DNA of 64,000 nucleotides from Octopus vulgaris (taxonomy: Eukaryota): the NCBI GenBank assembly GCA_951406725.2, contig OX597817.1, forward strand, positions 35,898,001 to 35,962,000, in the 5' to 3' direction. Both the position numbers and the translations under genes were made by a program. Shown here in pieces: positions 12,413 to 26,345 of this stretch. Position 1 is the first letter of the stretch; each line of letters starts with the position of its first letter. Under the pieces are notes generated by a model. The model ran no database searches. It saw only the letters and a list, made by a program, of their open reading frames with translations, and was not told the origin of the DNA.

Positions 12413-12690
12413 GTAAGGGATAATGATTGATTTGTTGCTGATAGTAAACTCTTACTAACTTCAAAGTCTGCATTTTCTACTTTTTCCTCTGTATGAATAT
12501 AAACTATTGTTTATATACAAACTTATTATTTTAAGGAAATCAATTCCCCACAAAATATTAGATATTGAACTAGTATTTCCTTGGATGGCACCAGTCCTTC
12601 ATGAGGCAAACATAACCTCCAACTGATTTGTATTGTGTGTATCGTTGGCGATTTTCTTTCTCCTTCTTCCCTTCTTTGGACTTTTTCTAT

Positions 12691-12726
12691 ATTTCTGATG
12701 AAGAGCTGTGCTCGAAATGTGAAATC
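12691..12726 (+). ncRNA. Degenerate PLE-type hammerhead motif
   Basis: attt-CTGATGA-a-gagc tgt gctc-GAAATGTG-aaat. The core is recognisable, but the stem III C>T change and GUG triplet suggest it is inactive. Confidence 0.55.
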
Positions 12727-12797
12727 CTCTTTCTTTTCCTGAGTGGCCAATAACACTTGCGTTGTTGCTTTTTCTTGCTTGTTCATGTTTGGATTGA

Positions 12798-12863
<66 letters not shown>

Positions 12864-12865
<2 letters not shown>

Positions 12866-12979
12866 TATTAATAAAGCTGCAAAGACATCACAGAAACTGT
12901 TACTCAGAGTTTCACATTCCCATTCATCGGACAGATTTTGTCTAGTTTTTGTGATGTCTTTGCAGCTTTACTAATAAAG
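12864..12979. repeat. Inverted-repeat module in (CA)n with hammerhead-like motif at 12897-12934 (-)
   Basis: Arms taaagctgcaaagacatcaca / tgtgatgtctttgcagcttta. rc motif ctgt-CCGATGA-atg ggaa tgt-GAAAC-tctga-GTA-acag. Confidence 0.65.
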
Positions 12980-13049
12980 CATATTACTCTACTTCCGGTA
13001 TTTGAGTACTATTTTCTCCACCTTATTTCACATTTATGTGCTTACTATG

Positions 13050-13163
<114 letters not shown>

Positions 13164-13739
13164 TATAATGATGATGATAATGATGATACACAAATATACA
13201 CATACACGCACACACAGTATAGCCAGGATAATGGACTGTAACTGTTATTCTGATAACTAAGTACATACTTGCAAATATACCTGCAGCTACAAACACATAC
13301 GTGCACAATTATACAACTATATACACAAATGCAATGTATAAATCATTTGGGTGTATGTTTAATCTTGTGCGTGTTTGTACGTATGGATATGTGACATCAC
13401 ACAATAGGATTACTACATTCATTACATTTATTAAAACTGAAGTTTCAAAGTCTCAAAGGATGTAATACAAAGATTCCGTGTGCAAAATAACACCTGTGAA
13501 AATAAAACGGAAACTCATTTCAGGAAAGATTTAATGATAAACCTCCTATCATACTATTCAAACATTCCCATCCGCGCTAAAACACACGTAACATTTGTAT
13601 TTATACACCCTCCTCCACAAACATAGACAAAGACATATACATATGTATACTCTTTTGAGTGTGCACACAAATAGGCATACTCATCGTGTTATGTCATTTT
13701 ATAAGAGAAATTTGAACTATATCCCTAGCAGCAATACAA

Positions 13740-13801
<62 letters not shown>

Positions 13802-13881
13802 TATCAATTTTCTGGTGGCAGAATTTAAATAAAATGGACAGAAAAACAAATGTTACTTTGCACAGAGTTGCGTTTATGTAA

Positions 13882-15226
13882 TCTTTATATATAAAAGTAA
13901 GGTTGTGTGCTGTCTGTCTCCTACGATTTAGATTCCTAACTACTCCCACATTTTGCGGTGCAGTTTAACCAAAACCGAGTATCTTATAGTCGTGATTCAT
14001 ATCGAGCCCTTCTGGATATTAGCGCGCGTCTACGATGAGTCTACGATTTTAAAAAAATTTACCATAATTTTTTCCATTTTTAATGCATTTTTGGCATATA
14101 TAAGGGAAGTAACTCTCTAAAAATTTATTATTAAATCTCAGAACGTAAAAAGCTACAACCCCCCCCCTTGTGGTTAGCCTTATTGAGATGGCTATTATAC
14201 GTTACATCTCTAAAAATGCTTATATAGTTATTTCCCTTACAAAACCGAGCAACGCCGGGCGATACTGCTAGTCTATAATATAAATTGGACATGGGCGATC
14301 GTTGTAGTCTTTCTTGTCTTGAGGTTCGCAGCCAAACGGCTGGGTGGATTTGCATGAAAAATGGCACACATGTGGAGACAGGTGCATAGATTGGAATGCA
14401 GTTTGTATTTTTTCCCTAACCCCCCATACTTACCGAGAAAATCGATTAAAACTTTTCTAATGGAATTTTCCTCTTTCTTTTGCCATTAAAACAACCAGTT
14501 GCTTAGGAGCTGTTTTCTGACGGGGTGGGGTCAGGAAATTTTCATATAGCTGGAGGCCCCAATCTAAATAGGGGACCTGAAATGATAAGGTTGACAAACG
14601 CTGTTATAGATTATGCCTAACCGAAAACGATCACAGCCATATCATCCAAACAGACCGGGTGAAACCGGGCTTAGCTGCTAGTCTAGAATATAAATTAGAC
14701 GTGGGCGATCGTTGTATTCTTTCTTGTCTTGAGGTTCACAGCCAAACGGCTAAGTGGATTCGCCTGAAAAATGGCACACCTGTGGAGACGGGTGTATAGA
14801 TTGGAATGCGATGTGTATTTTTTCCTAGCCCCCAGAGTTATCGAGAAAATCGATTAAAGCTTTTTGTAATGGAATTCCCTTGTTTGTTTCGCCATTAAAA
14901 CGACCAGTTGCTCATACTGCCAGCATATACCATTTCGCTAGCAACAAGGGGAGTACAGGATGACAGTCAGGCAAAACTTTCGCTATGCTGTCTCTCTTTT
15001 TTCACATCTTTGTGGGGTTAATAATCTTAATCTTTAGTTACAGTTTCTCATTCAAACTATATCATAGGCAGAATTGTCGGATTAAGACAGTAGGGTGCTT
15101 TGAGGGAGATTTGGCCGCTATTTCTACCAGATCTAGGTACCATGTAGAGGTCTGAACTTAATTTTCATTCACATACTTGCATTTCAAAAATTTAACATAA
15201 CCTTTTCCATAAATCAACTATCATAA

Positions 15227-15299
<73 letters not shown>

Positions 15300-15935
15300 C
15301 ATTTCATATATCTTCTTTCAATTTCTGCTCTCTGCAAATAAAATTTTTACGGATACAACTGCTTACAAAAATAGGGATTAATATATAATTTCTTTCCATG
15401 TTTATAATTAAATGAATGTATTAATGATTAGACAGAGGTCCACTACAATAGCTCTCAGAAACAGACTACGTACAAATACATCAATCATCACGACACACAC
15501 CTTCACTCACTCACTCTCTCTCTTTCTCACTCTCTTTCTCTCTCACACACACACGCGCACGCGCATCCCCATCCCCACACACACGTTCATTTTATATATC
15601 TTCTTTCAATTGCTCTCTGCAAATAAAATTTCTACAGATACAACTGCTTACAAAAATAGGGATTAATGTATAATTTCTTTCTATGTTCATAAATCAATGT
15701 TTTAATGATAAGACAGAGGTCCAATAGAATAGCTCTCAGAAACAGACTACGTACAAATTCATTCTTCACTCCTGAAGCTGTTTTCTGACAAGGTGGGGGA
15801 GTCAGGAAATTTTTATACAGCTGGAGGCTCCATTTGAAACAGGGGACCCGAAATGAAAAGGTTGAGAAACACTGTTATATAACCAAAAACGATAACAGTC
15901 ATATCATCCAAAAAGACCGGGTGAAACCGAGCTAG
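13882..15935 (+). mobile_element. Three head-to-tail non-autonomous Helitrons (13882-14271, 14272-14681, 14682-15935)
   Basis: Each starts TC and ends with a GC hairpin (ccgagcaacgccggg or ccgggtgaaaccggg) followed by CTAG; junctions read CTAG|TC. Confidence 0.8.
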
Positions 15936-15947
15936 TAGTATATAAGT

Positions 15948-16360
15948 AGGCGCAAAAGTGGCTGTGGTGAGAATCTTGCTTCCCAAGCATATGGTTTCAG
16001 GTTCAGTCCCACTGCGTGGTACCTTGGGCAAGTGTCTTCTACTATATCTTCAGGCTGACCAAAGCTTTGTGAGTGAATTTGGCAGACGGAAACTGAAAGA
16101 ATCCCCTCTTGTATATGTGTATATATATATATCTATGTGTGTGTTTGTATTTGTCCCCCCACCATCACCACTTGATAACAGGTGTTGGGGGTATTTACGT
16201 CCCCGTAACTTGGTGGTTCGGTAAAAGTGGCCAATGGAATAAGTACCAGGCTTCACAAATAAGTGCTGGGGTCGGTTCATTCGATTAAAAATTTCAAGGC
16301 GATGCTCCAGCATGGTTGCAGTCTAATGACTGAAAAAAGTAAAAAGGTAAAAAAAGAAAG
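15948..16360 (+). mobile_element. SINE family 1 (diverged)
   Basis: Head and body match the other copies. Confidence 0.8.
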
Positions 16361-16426
16361 ATATGTGTGAATGTATGTGTGTATCTCCATGTACATACAT
16401 ACATACACACATACATACATAATACA

Positions 16427-17098
16427 TGATGGCTGCCCCCTCGTTATCGAGTATGGCCATTGCACGAAGCTTAACTGTTATTGGTGCTGTGATCGAATGT
16501 GACTTTTATTTGCTTTTTAAGGCTACAGCCAGCCATTCAGTTGAGACTCACAGCACCATCAACAATCATGAACAATGTTGTTATCGTGCAATGCCAGTGC
16601 CAGAAGATTTTTTAAAGTGAGGAAAGGCTGTGCACTGAGTCAATCCCACTCACTAAGCAACAGCAGCCATAATCCGAAAAGAAGAACAAGTCAACATCAT
16701 CGGTAACCACTGAGCCGCAGGTTTTATGTCGGAGTTATCCCAATTACCTGAGTTACCTTCTCCTAGAAGGATGCCCTAATAAAGGCTAGGAGTCCTTCAC
16801 TCCCAATGGTTTAACCGCGCGATCGGGTATTCAGTCCGATTATTTCTATGTCCCCGTGCATGATACACCTTAAGCCGTAAGAGAAAGAAAAAATACACAT
16901 TTATCGGATGGCCGTTGCCTCTCAAGAGTTCCTCCGCCCTTTGACGGGTTTTGTTTTTCATCCCGCAGGGTGTCCAATAACCACCATCCTCACCAAGCAA
17001 GCTTGGTGGGGTTGCCGGTTTAGTCGCCGACGGCCCGACCATGCAACAGGTTGTACTGGGTTACATGTTACCAGTAGCACTCGAATGTGACCTGACAT
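16427..17098 (-). mobile_element. ~670-bp insertion in a (CATA)n array, probably RTE-LINE 5'UTR-derived
   Basis: GC-richer island flanked by (CATA)n on both sides. ccttctcctagaaggatgcc..aaggctag resembles RTE 5'UTR motifs from memory. No ORF. Confidence 0.45.
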
Positions 17099-17132
17099 AA
17101 TACATACATACATACATACATACATACATACA

Positions 17133-17168
<36 letters not shown>

Positions 17169-17189
17169 CATATGTATATATCTGAATTT

Positions 17190-18715
17190 AGGTAAAAATA
17201 GCACGGTAAAAATGGCACAGGTAAAAATGGCACGGTAAAAATGGCACAATAAGCAAGATTTCCTCCAGAACTTTGGAACGTATACTGGGACAGCTTGATG
17301 AAGTTTGGAACGTACATTAAGCTGTCCTAATAACCCCTTAACGAAATAAATACGAAATCAGTAACTCTGATTACTATTTATCTCGGTGTCTCTACCATAA
17401 CCCCATCATGGAAGTCATAGCGAGTAATAAAGGAAAAGAGATTTGCTTCCAAGGACGCATGTACACAAAACAGATTGGAAGATCAACTACAATCAGATGA
17501 AGATGTGTTAAGTGAACATCTTTTTGTAAAGGCACCATAACCACCAACCTTGATATAACTGATCCTGTTGTGAAGGCACATGGCCTAGTGGTTAGAGCAG
17601 CGGACTCGCGGTCGAGGGATCGCAGGTTCGAATCTCAGATCGAGTGATATGTGTGTTTATGAGCGAAGCACCTAAGCCCCACGCGGCTCCGGCAGAAGGT
17701 AATGGCGAACTTCTGCTGACTCTTTCGCCACAACTTTCTCTCACTCTTTCCTCCTGCATCTTGCAGCTTACCTGCGACGGACCGGCGTCCCGTCCAGGTG
17801 GGGAACCTATACGCCAAGGAAACCGGGAAACCGGCCCTTATGAGCCAGGCATGGCTCGAGAAGGAAGGGGACTGATACTATATCAGCTAATGACCACAAC
17901 TACGCTCCTGGTTCTGCAGCTACTTCAGCCACAAAATGCGTCAACAACAGGAAGAGAAAAACAGCAGAAACAGAAGATAAACCCAGCCAGATTTACAGCA
18001 ATAACCTGGATGACTTATCAACTGAAGGAAAGGCGTTACTTCCGAATGAGGACATCATAAGGAGAACTTAGCGTAACCAAAGATGAAAACTCTATCCACC
18101 AGTACCAGAAAGACTCGAGGATCTGAAACTTACTGGAGAATGGACAACTACTGCAGCTCCCGAACCCAAACCATTTTTGTTCTTCGATAATGGACCAGAA
18201 ACCGACAACTGCATCATTGCGTTTGGTTCTGATGAATCACTGCGGTTATTTGTTTCTGCTGATACATAGCTGATGGATGGCAACTATGCAATGGCTCCAC
18301 TAGGCTTTCTACAGCTTTATGTAATACGCGTCCCAATTGGTAATACTGCAGTTTCTACTGTTTTTGCTTGTCTGCAGTCTAAAACACAAGATACATATGA
18401 ACCCCTGCTGCAAGCAGTCATGGATCGTTGCCACGAGATTGAACTCTACCTAAACCCAACAACCATCATAATTGTTGACTTCGAGTAGGCAATCATCCAA
18501 GCTATCAACAATGTTTTTGGACCAGAAACACTCACACAAAGTTGTTTCTACCACCTGACTCTGAGTACCTGGAGAAAAATACAGGACGTTGTACTCACCA
18601 ACCACCACAAAGAGAGTGAGGACTTTCGTCCGTTCTGTGGACAGATTGACTCATTAGCATTTATACCATTTGAAGATGTTCTAGCTGGAATGCAGTTATT
18701 CAAGGCTAGTAACTG
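17190..18715 (+). pseudogene. MULE (Mutator-like) transposase pseudogene with FLYWCH-like N-terminus
   Basis: Subterminal repeats ggtaaaaat(g/a)gcac x4 at 17191-17247. ATG 17408 MEVIASNKGKEICFQGRMYTK..R*RCVK..CKG; then *LMDGNYAMAPLGFLQLYVI..KTQDTYE..IIVDFE*AIIQAINNVF..SCFYHL..WRKIQ..SLAFIPFEDV. Stops, frameshifts and a SINE insertion are present. Confidence 0.85.
17570..17865 (+). mobile_element. SINE family 3 variant inserted in the MULE
   Basis: tggcctagtggttagagcagcggactcgcggtcg..ggttcgaatctc tRNA-like head; related copy at 44645-44945 (-). Confidence 0.8.
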
Positions 18716-19379
18716 TCCATTGCCTTTGTGCTGTCAGCTGCTGTCCGCTGTTCTTGTGGTTTAACTCCTAACAGTGTCTGTCAATGCTTTCTCTGCTCTA
18801 TGCCAAAGCTCTCTGTTTAGTATTTATGACGTACTAACTTTATACTGCTCGAAAGTCTCAGAACGAAGCGCGCCAAAAGACAAAAAAAAAATCATTGTTA
18901 GAGCTGTAGTAAACTCTAGCGGACACGTTAGGAAGCAAAACGGAAAAGGGATTTAACGAGAGTAATCTCCCTCGAGCTTCTAGAAAATTCTTGAGCATTC
19001 TGGAAGCTTCCGGTTTACATGGAAGTCGGGGACTTCTGGTTCATCCGTTATATAAAGGAAGGAATTTCTTAATTCGCACTTTTCAATGCCTGTTGATTCT
19101 TCGATATGTATTGGGTCAAGCCACCACATTTACACACCAGCTCGCGCACATTCACCTCACTTACTTGGAGACATGTGACTGCAAACAGAACATATTCATG
19201 TAATATTATAAACTTTCCTTCAGTTAACCTCATATGTCAACACATTACCTCCAGTAGTAAATATGTTATGACTTATTACAAACGTCTCGCGAATATCTAT
19301 TTTCTTGTTGTTACGTACAAAATGGTGACCCCTCTTTCTCTCATGCTCATTAAATCATAGTGTGTCATTTAATCGACAT

Positions 19380-20944
19380 TACCACTGTAAGATGATAACC
19401 CTGACATCACTATAGAGCCTATTCGACGCAAAGTCGTGACTGGTCAGATTTTGTTGATCACGTGGGCAATATTCTAGCGATTCATGGTATCGGGCGATTG
19501 CTGAACATTCCCGCTACACCGTCGTGTTGATCGTTGACACGCTGATAGTGTATATACGTCTGTTTCCCATCATAATACTCCTGCCAGTGTCTATTTAGTT
19601 TCTTCTCTAAACTTCATGAAGTCTCCTCAAAGCATGCTGTATTCCGGTTCTTGCAATCCCCCTCAATGCACTTTATGCTGTAGACCACATTCCTAGTCTT
19701 ACTGTTAACACTGGGGTTAAAGGTACATACAACGCAGTTCCTACCTGCATATGTGGCTTTATTGAGGGATATAATGTCTTACATAATTGTGATCTGATGG
19801 ACCTCCCTGGTTTCTCTACGATCTAGATGTTGGGTTTAGTGTTCTTCAGAGCCTTCCTAAACCTGCAGGATGGCTCACCATTCGGCGTAGCCTCTACAAA
19901 CAGATGGAAGCACTCCGTCGGTTACGACGACGAGGGTTCCGGTTGATCCGAATCAACGGAACAGCCTGCTCGTGAAATTAACGTGCAAGTGGCTGAGCAC
20001 TCCACAGACACGTGTACCCTTAACGTAGTTCTCGGGGATATTCAGCGTGACGCAGAGAGTGACAAGGCCGGCCCTTTGAAATACAGGTACAACAGAAACA
20101 GGAAGTAAGAGTGAGAGAAAGTTGTGGTGAAAGAGTACAGCAGGGATCACCACCATCCCTGCCGGAGCCTTGTGGAGCTTTAGGTGTTTTCGCTCAATAA
20201 ACACCCACAACGCCCGGTCTGGGAATCGAAACCACGATCCTATGACCGCGAGTCCGCTGCCTTAACCACTGGGCCATTGCGCCTCCACAGCCTCTACAAA
20301 CATCACCTCTTGAAATTTACCTGTCTTGTACCACGTATTTATTCCGTTTGCTTTGTCACAAATTCTCTATATTCTGTTCTATCACTTGCCCCAGTATCTA
20401 GTTCCACTGGCGTCCTTATATATGATATTATCTAACTTCTTCCTAGCTCCCTGTGCACTCTAACCCTATCTTTCTGGTTGTAGTTAGAGAAATGTATGCG
20501 GTGCATGAAGTCCTGTGCATGTCTCTTTATTTCATTGGGTTCGTATAGCAGAGAACCTTTATTCATTATCCTAACTAAACTCGTAATTACTATGCTAATC
20601 TTTACACTGTGTGACAAAGCTGACTTCTTGTGAATAACATAGTTGAAAAGTATGGGTTTCGTATAATAGGAGTGGAAAAGTTGTTGTTCGTAGTCTCTAA
20701 CCAAATTTCAGTATCGAGGACAGGGAGTCTATTAGAAGGGTGCCGAGTGGTGTGATCTATCGATACTCTGGTGGATGGAGTTAGCTATGTGTTGGACGCT
20801 CTCCGTTGTATTTCTCTTGTCTTTTTCGGCACGACGTCGTGGAATTGTCCTTACTAAAATATTGACATCATCTACATGCCTACAGTACAGTATTACAGAT
20901 ATGGAGTGTTTATCTAGGGATTGCCTAAGTTTTGTGTCCCACAA
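19380..20944 (-). pseudogene. Penelope-like RT + GIY-YIG endonuclease remnant, split by a SINE
   Basis: LYCRHVDDVNI (RT YVDD motif), YYTKP..VIHKKSAL..LVRIMN, FVEATPNGE..IVEKPGRSI, CVVC..TRNVVYSIKC..C..FEETS*SL...RH (GIY-YIG-like). Confidence 0.8.
19903..20288 (-). mobile_element. Full-length SINE family 3 with 14-bp TSD
   Basis: TSD agcctctacaaaca on both flanks; tRNA-like head tggcccagtggttaagg..gtttcgattccc on -. Confidence 0.88.
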
Positions 20945-21265
20945 GGTAATTTAGCGGTTCTGTAAAAAGACCGATAGAATAAGGTCCACACTTTTAAATG
21001 TAAGTGTGTGTCTAAGTGTGTGTGTTTGTACGTGTGTGTTTCGCTCGTTAGACAGCTACAGATGGGTTCATTTTCGTCATGGCAACACCACCTCTATCCG
21101 GTTGAAATCCTGGCTACGCCTATGCATTCGAACCAAATAATAGAAGAAACGAAAATATATGCACACATTTATAGTTCAACAGACATGACTTCCAGCTATT
21201 GTTGCTCTTCACGTTACAGGATAAATTCCTTTTCAACAACAATAGGTTACATGAACAATAACATT

Positions 21266-21301
<36 letters not shown>

Positions 21302-21397
21302 CGAATCTGTTTACTTTTACCTCATTACCTCCTCAGCTTTTATGCATTCCCTATTGCAAGCTTCTCCCCTCATCTCATGCACCCGTAGCAAATAATC

Positions 21398-21815
21398 CTT
21401 CTTCTTCTTCTTCTTCTTCTTCTTCTTCTTCTTCTTCTTCTTCTTCTTCTTCTTCTTCTTCTTCTTCTTCTTCTTCTTCTTCTTCTTCTTCTTCTTCTTC
21501 TTCTTCTTCTTCTTCTTCTTCTTCTTCTTCTTCTTCTTCTTCTTCTTCTTCTTCTTCTTCTTCTTCTTCTTCTTCTTCTTCTTTTATGTTTGACTTTTGC
21601 TTTACATTTGTACAAGTTGGCTCCAAGTCTCACCCAGAGACCTCAAGAGACAACAAGTTGGAAGTTCATGTTGGTGTTATGCCTATTGTGCCATATATTT
21701 GGTTTTGTACATAGTGTTGTTCTAGAGAATGTTTAAGAAACCATAAGAAAATTATATTTGTTTTAAAACTTGAGATTACACGGAAAGTATTTTGCGTAGG
21801 ATATGAGCAGTTCCT
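21398..21815 (-). mobile_element. R4/Dong-like LINE extreme 3' end followed by ~185 bp of pure (GAA)n
   Basis: rc IIGTAHILRKILSV* is like the C-terminus at 24916; it begins at an (AAT)n tract and the UTR runs into (GAA)n. Confidence 0.6.
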
Positions 21816-21832
21816 ATTATTATTATTATTAT

Positions 21833-22677
<845 letters not shown>

Positions 22678-23070
22678 CCGAGATCGACTTTACCTTTTAT
22701 CCTTTTGGTATCGATAAAATAAGTACCAGTTGAACATTGAGGTCGATGTAGGTCGAAATACAGACTTCCTTGAATTTGCTGACTTAGTGCCAAAATTTGA
22801 AACAATTATTAATATAATCATCAATAATATTAATACGCTAACTTTTTGTTTTTGTACGTACCTGCTGTGTGCGTTACACTTACTCCAAAGAAGTGGCAGA
22901 GAAAGAGAGAGAGAGAGAGAGAGGAAGATAGGGAGGAAATAAGAGAGAGAATGAGAGGGAAAGGGAGAATGAGAGAGAAAGTGAGAGAGTGAGAGATAAA
23001 GAGATAGAGAGTGAATGAGACAGTGAGTGGTGATGTTTCAGAGAGGACATAAGAGAGAAAGAAAGAGAGT

Positions 23071-23107
<37 letters not shown>

Positions 23108-24053
23108 TAAAAGAGACAGTGAGTGGTGACTGCGTTCGTTTTGTGTTTTTAAATGTTTATCACATCGCAAGAGAAGTAGATACATAGATACATATTCACA
23201 TTATTAAATCAAAAGCGGGAGAGAAGAGGGATACAAAGGAAGTGAAAGAGAAAGAGAGGAAGTGAGAGAGACAGTAGATACATAAATCCAAAGAAAAGTT
23301 CAAATAGATACATACACACAGCAAATATTGAATGTCAATTTCACTTTTCATTACCACACGAGAATAAAATTGACTCACAAATAGCTGAGTACTCCATAGA
23401 CATGCATAACATTAACGTAGTTCTCAGGGAGATTCAGCTTGACACAGAATATGACAAGGCTGGCCCCTTTGAATTACAGCTACAATTCCACACACACACG
23501 CACACACATATATGAATGTATTTGTGTGTGTGTGTATGTGTGTGTAGTTTAGGTTAGTCAAAACATGTTTGCAATAATAAGTGTCATGTGGTGGAAATAA
23601 ACGCAATTACCAAATTTTCATTCATAAATCCATATATTATTTCGTTCTTTTGCATATCAATTTGTACATTAAGGTTCTTTACATTAAGGTTCTTTGAATA
23701 TGTACGATGTATTTTAAGGTTAAATAGTAATTCCGTTTACGTTTGTGTAACTGAGATATTTTGGTTGGATTATATAGTCATTGGTGTTACATTACTTTCT
23801 ATATTCTATAACTGTCATAATATCCTTTTCTAGGTCTGAATTTTTTGTGGTGAGGGGGCCAGTTGATTAGATCTACCCCAGTACACAATTGATTCTTAAT
23901 GTATCGATCCGAAAGGACGGAAGGCAAAGCCGATCTCTGCAGAATTTGAACTCAGAACGTAAAGACAGACGGTCATAATATACAAACATTTCTCACTGTT
24001 TACAGATGCTTACATTTTTTATGTTTTCCTTGAATTTTTCACGGGTCCAGCTA

Positions 24054-24125
<72 letters not shown>

Positions 24126-24915
24126 TAAGCGGTTAGCTGGCTGAATCGTTAGCGTGCCGGATAAAATGTTTAGCTGGATTTTGCCCGTCGCTAAGTTCTG
24201 AGTTCAAATTCCACCGAGGTTGACTTTACATTTCATCCTTTCGGGGTCGATAAGCTAAGTAACAGTTGCGTACTGGAGTTGCTCTAATCGACTATATCCC
24301 TCCCCAAAATTTCAGGCCTTGTACCTATAGTAGAAAGGATTATTATTATTATTATTATTGAGCGAGAGAGCAGTGCATGCCATAGAAGGGACACTGCGGT
24401 AAAATATACGAAGCCCAATATACCCATTCAAAAGTTCCCTGAATAAGGTTTGTTTAAGGATGTTGAACGAAACACCCATGTTTCCAGAGATGAATTATCC
24501 AAACCCCCAAAGAATTCTTCTCACTATATGGCTATGATGCTTTCCCACCCCTGTGATATTGAGCAGAATAAATGTTGTAACCCATTTTTTATACATAGAC
24601 AAAACAATGTACATTGGTGAGTGAGCAGCGCATACCATCAAAGTGACACTGGGGTACAAATATACGAAGTCCAATATACACATCATAACTACCCGTCTGA
24701 TAAGGGTATACCAGGCATATGCATAACAACCATATGTCCGCGATATGGTGATCTCATATCAAGATAAACAGCTCATGACCTTGCAGGTGGGGGTCCAGTT
24801 AAAATTTTCTTCACGTCGAGTTGCCTATTAATATAATTATTACCATTTTCATATAAACACAACAGATTAGACTGTTGGAAAAGAAAAAAATCCTAACATC
24901 GGGCAACAAGTAAAC

Positions 24916-25820
24916 TTAGATGCCAAGAACCCTCCTAAATATCCTAGCTATCCCTAATAACACTGTTTTCTGGAGCTGAACTAAACTGGGTTTTATACCT
25001 ATTTCCTCTACACATCTGTTCAGATCTTTAGGGATAGTTCCCAATGCACCTACTGGAATACATTTTACCCGCACTTTCCTTAGTCTCTGTAATTCAATGG
25101 CTAGGTCCTGATACTTTGCTATTTTTTCTATACCTCTCATATTGATTTTTTAATCATTTGCTACTGTAAAGTCAATTATTCGGCACTTTCTATTCTCTTT
25201 ATCTACTACTACTAAATCAGGCCTTCTGGCTTCTATTACTCTGTCAGTCTGAATGTTAAAGTCCCATAACATCTTGTATTTCTTACTTTCTAGTACTTTA
25301 CCAGGTTCATATTCCTACCATAAATTGGCATGTTCAAATCCTAACTATCTACCTAACTCCCAGTGGATTACTTACCCAAGGTTGTCATGTCTTTTCTTAC
25401 AGTCTTTCTGTGCCAGCATGCTACATTCACTTACTATATGAGTAGCGCTTTCCTCTTTTGATTTGCATAACCTACATCGGGAATCTACTAGGTTTTTGTC
25501 TATCTTGGCTTGTATCAAATTAGTCCTTAATGCTTGATCTTAAGCAGCTACTAGCAACCTTTCTGTTCCCGTATTTAGCTTTCTTTTCTGCAACCATAGC
25601 CATGTCTCACTAATAAGGTAGTTGCTGCAACTATCTTTGGGAATCTACCATGCAACGCCTTCTCCTGCCAGTCAGATAATTTCTGTTCTTTTTACTGATT
25701 TTTAAGTTCGCTTGGGTTTTTGGTTTCCCTGTTTTGATGTGACTCTAGCAGCTTTTAATAAACTTTCTTCGCTATTACCTACATAGAAGTCTATATCTAC
25801 TCTAGCTAACTCCACGTAGT
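24916..25820 (-). pseudogene. R4/Dong-like (REL-endonuclease) LINE 3' remnant
   Basis: DQALRTNL..CRLCKSKEESATHIVSECSMLA..RHDNLG (CCHC + RHD); TDRVIEARRPDLVVVDK..IIDF..EKIAKY..IPVGALGTIPK..LQKTVLLGIARIFRRVL. Confidence 0.85.
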
Positions 25821-25829
25821 CGTCTTCTT

Positions 25830-26345
25830 CTTATTATTGATCTGGTGGACGAGGCTGAAAGGCATGTGGACTAATACATTCCTCTTTGGTAGAGATCTCA
25901 TTGACTTCAAGTTTCACTTCAAAAGGAAACTGAGTATGCAGTGGGAAGTGCTGTCCTCGACTGAGTTTATTGAAAAGCGGGTGAAACTTGCGAAAGTGCT
26001 AAGAGTGGATGGTATCTCTCTAAGTGTAGACCTGTGAGTCGGAGACAGGAAATTGGAGAGAGCACTTGCCCTTGGTGTTCAGGGAGATCTTCGACAGTGG
26101 GGTTCCTCAATTATTCCTAGAGGTCATCCTGTACCAGGAAGACTACACTTCTATCATCCCCCACTATTTTAAGCTTCTGTATAACCTGTATATTTCTCTT
26201 CCTTTTCATTGTTTACCATGTATACTTACTGTCTTCCTTTTGTTTATTTATTTATCTTATCATTTCATTATATGTAAACCCTCACACTTTACATATGTTT
26301 TTGTTCCCCTCATGCTTCGCTCTGGTGGTAAATAAATGAAATCAT
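25830..26345 (+). mobile_element. Possible Tx1/L1-like LINE 3' end
   Basis: IWWTRLKG...FKFHFKRKL..EVLS resembles a Tx1/L1 C-terminus, followed by a UTR, AATAAA and an (ATC)n tail. Confidence 0.45.

Noticed and set aside
17191-17247. Short direct repeats (and the RTE UTR subrepeats) as a CRISPR-like array
   Set aside because: There are no unique spacers or cas genes, the context is eukaryotic, and transposon termini/UTRs explain them.
17570-17645. tRNA-like sequences (also SINE heads near 10110-10180 and 20215-20285)
   Set aside because: A/B boxes are present, but I could not find an intact acceptor stem, and the sequence continues into SINE bodies.
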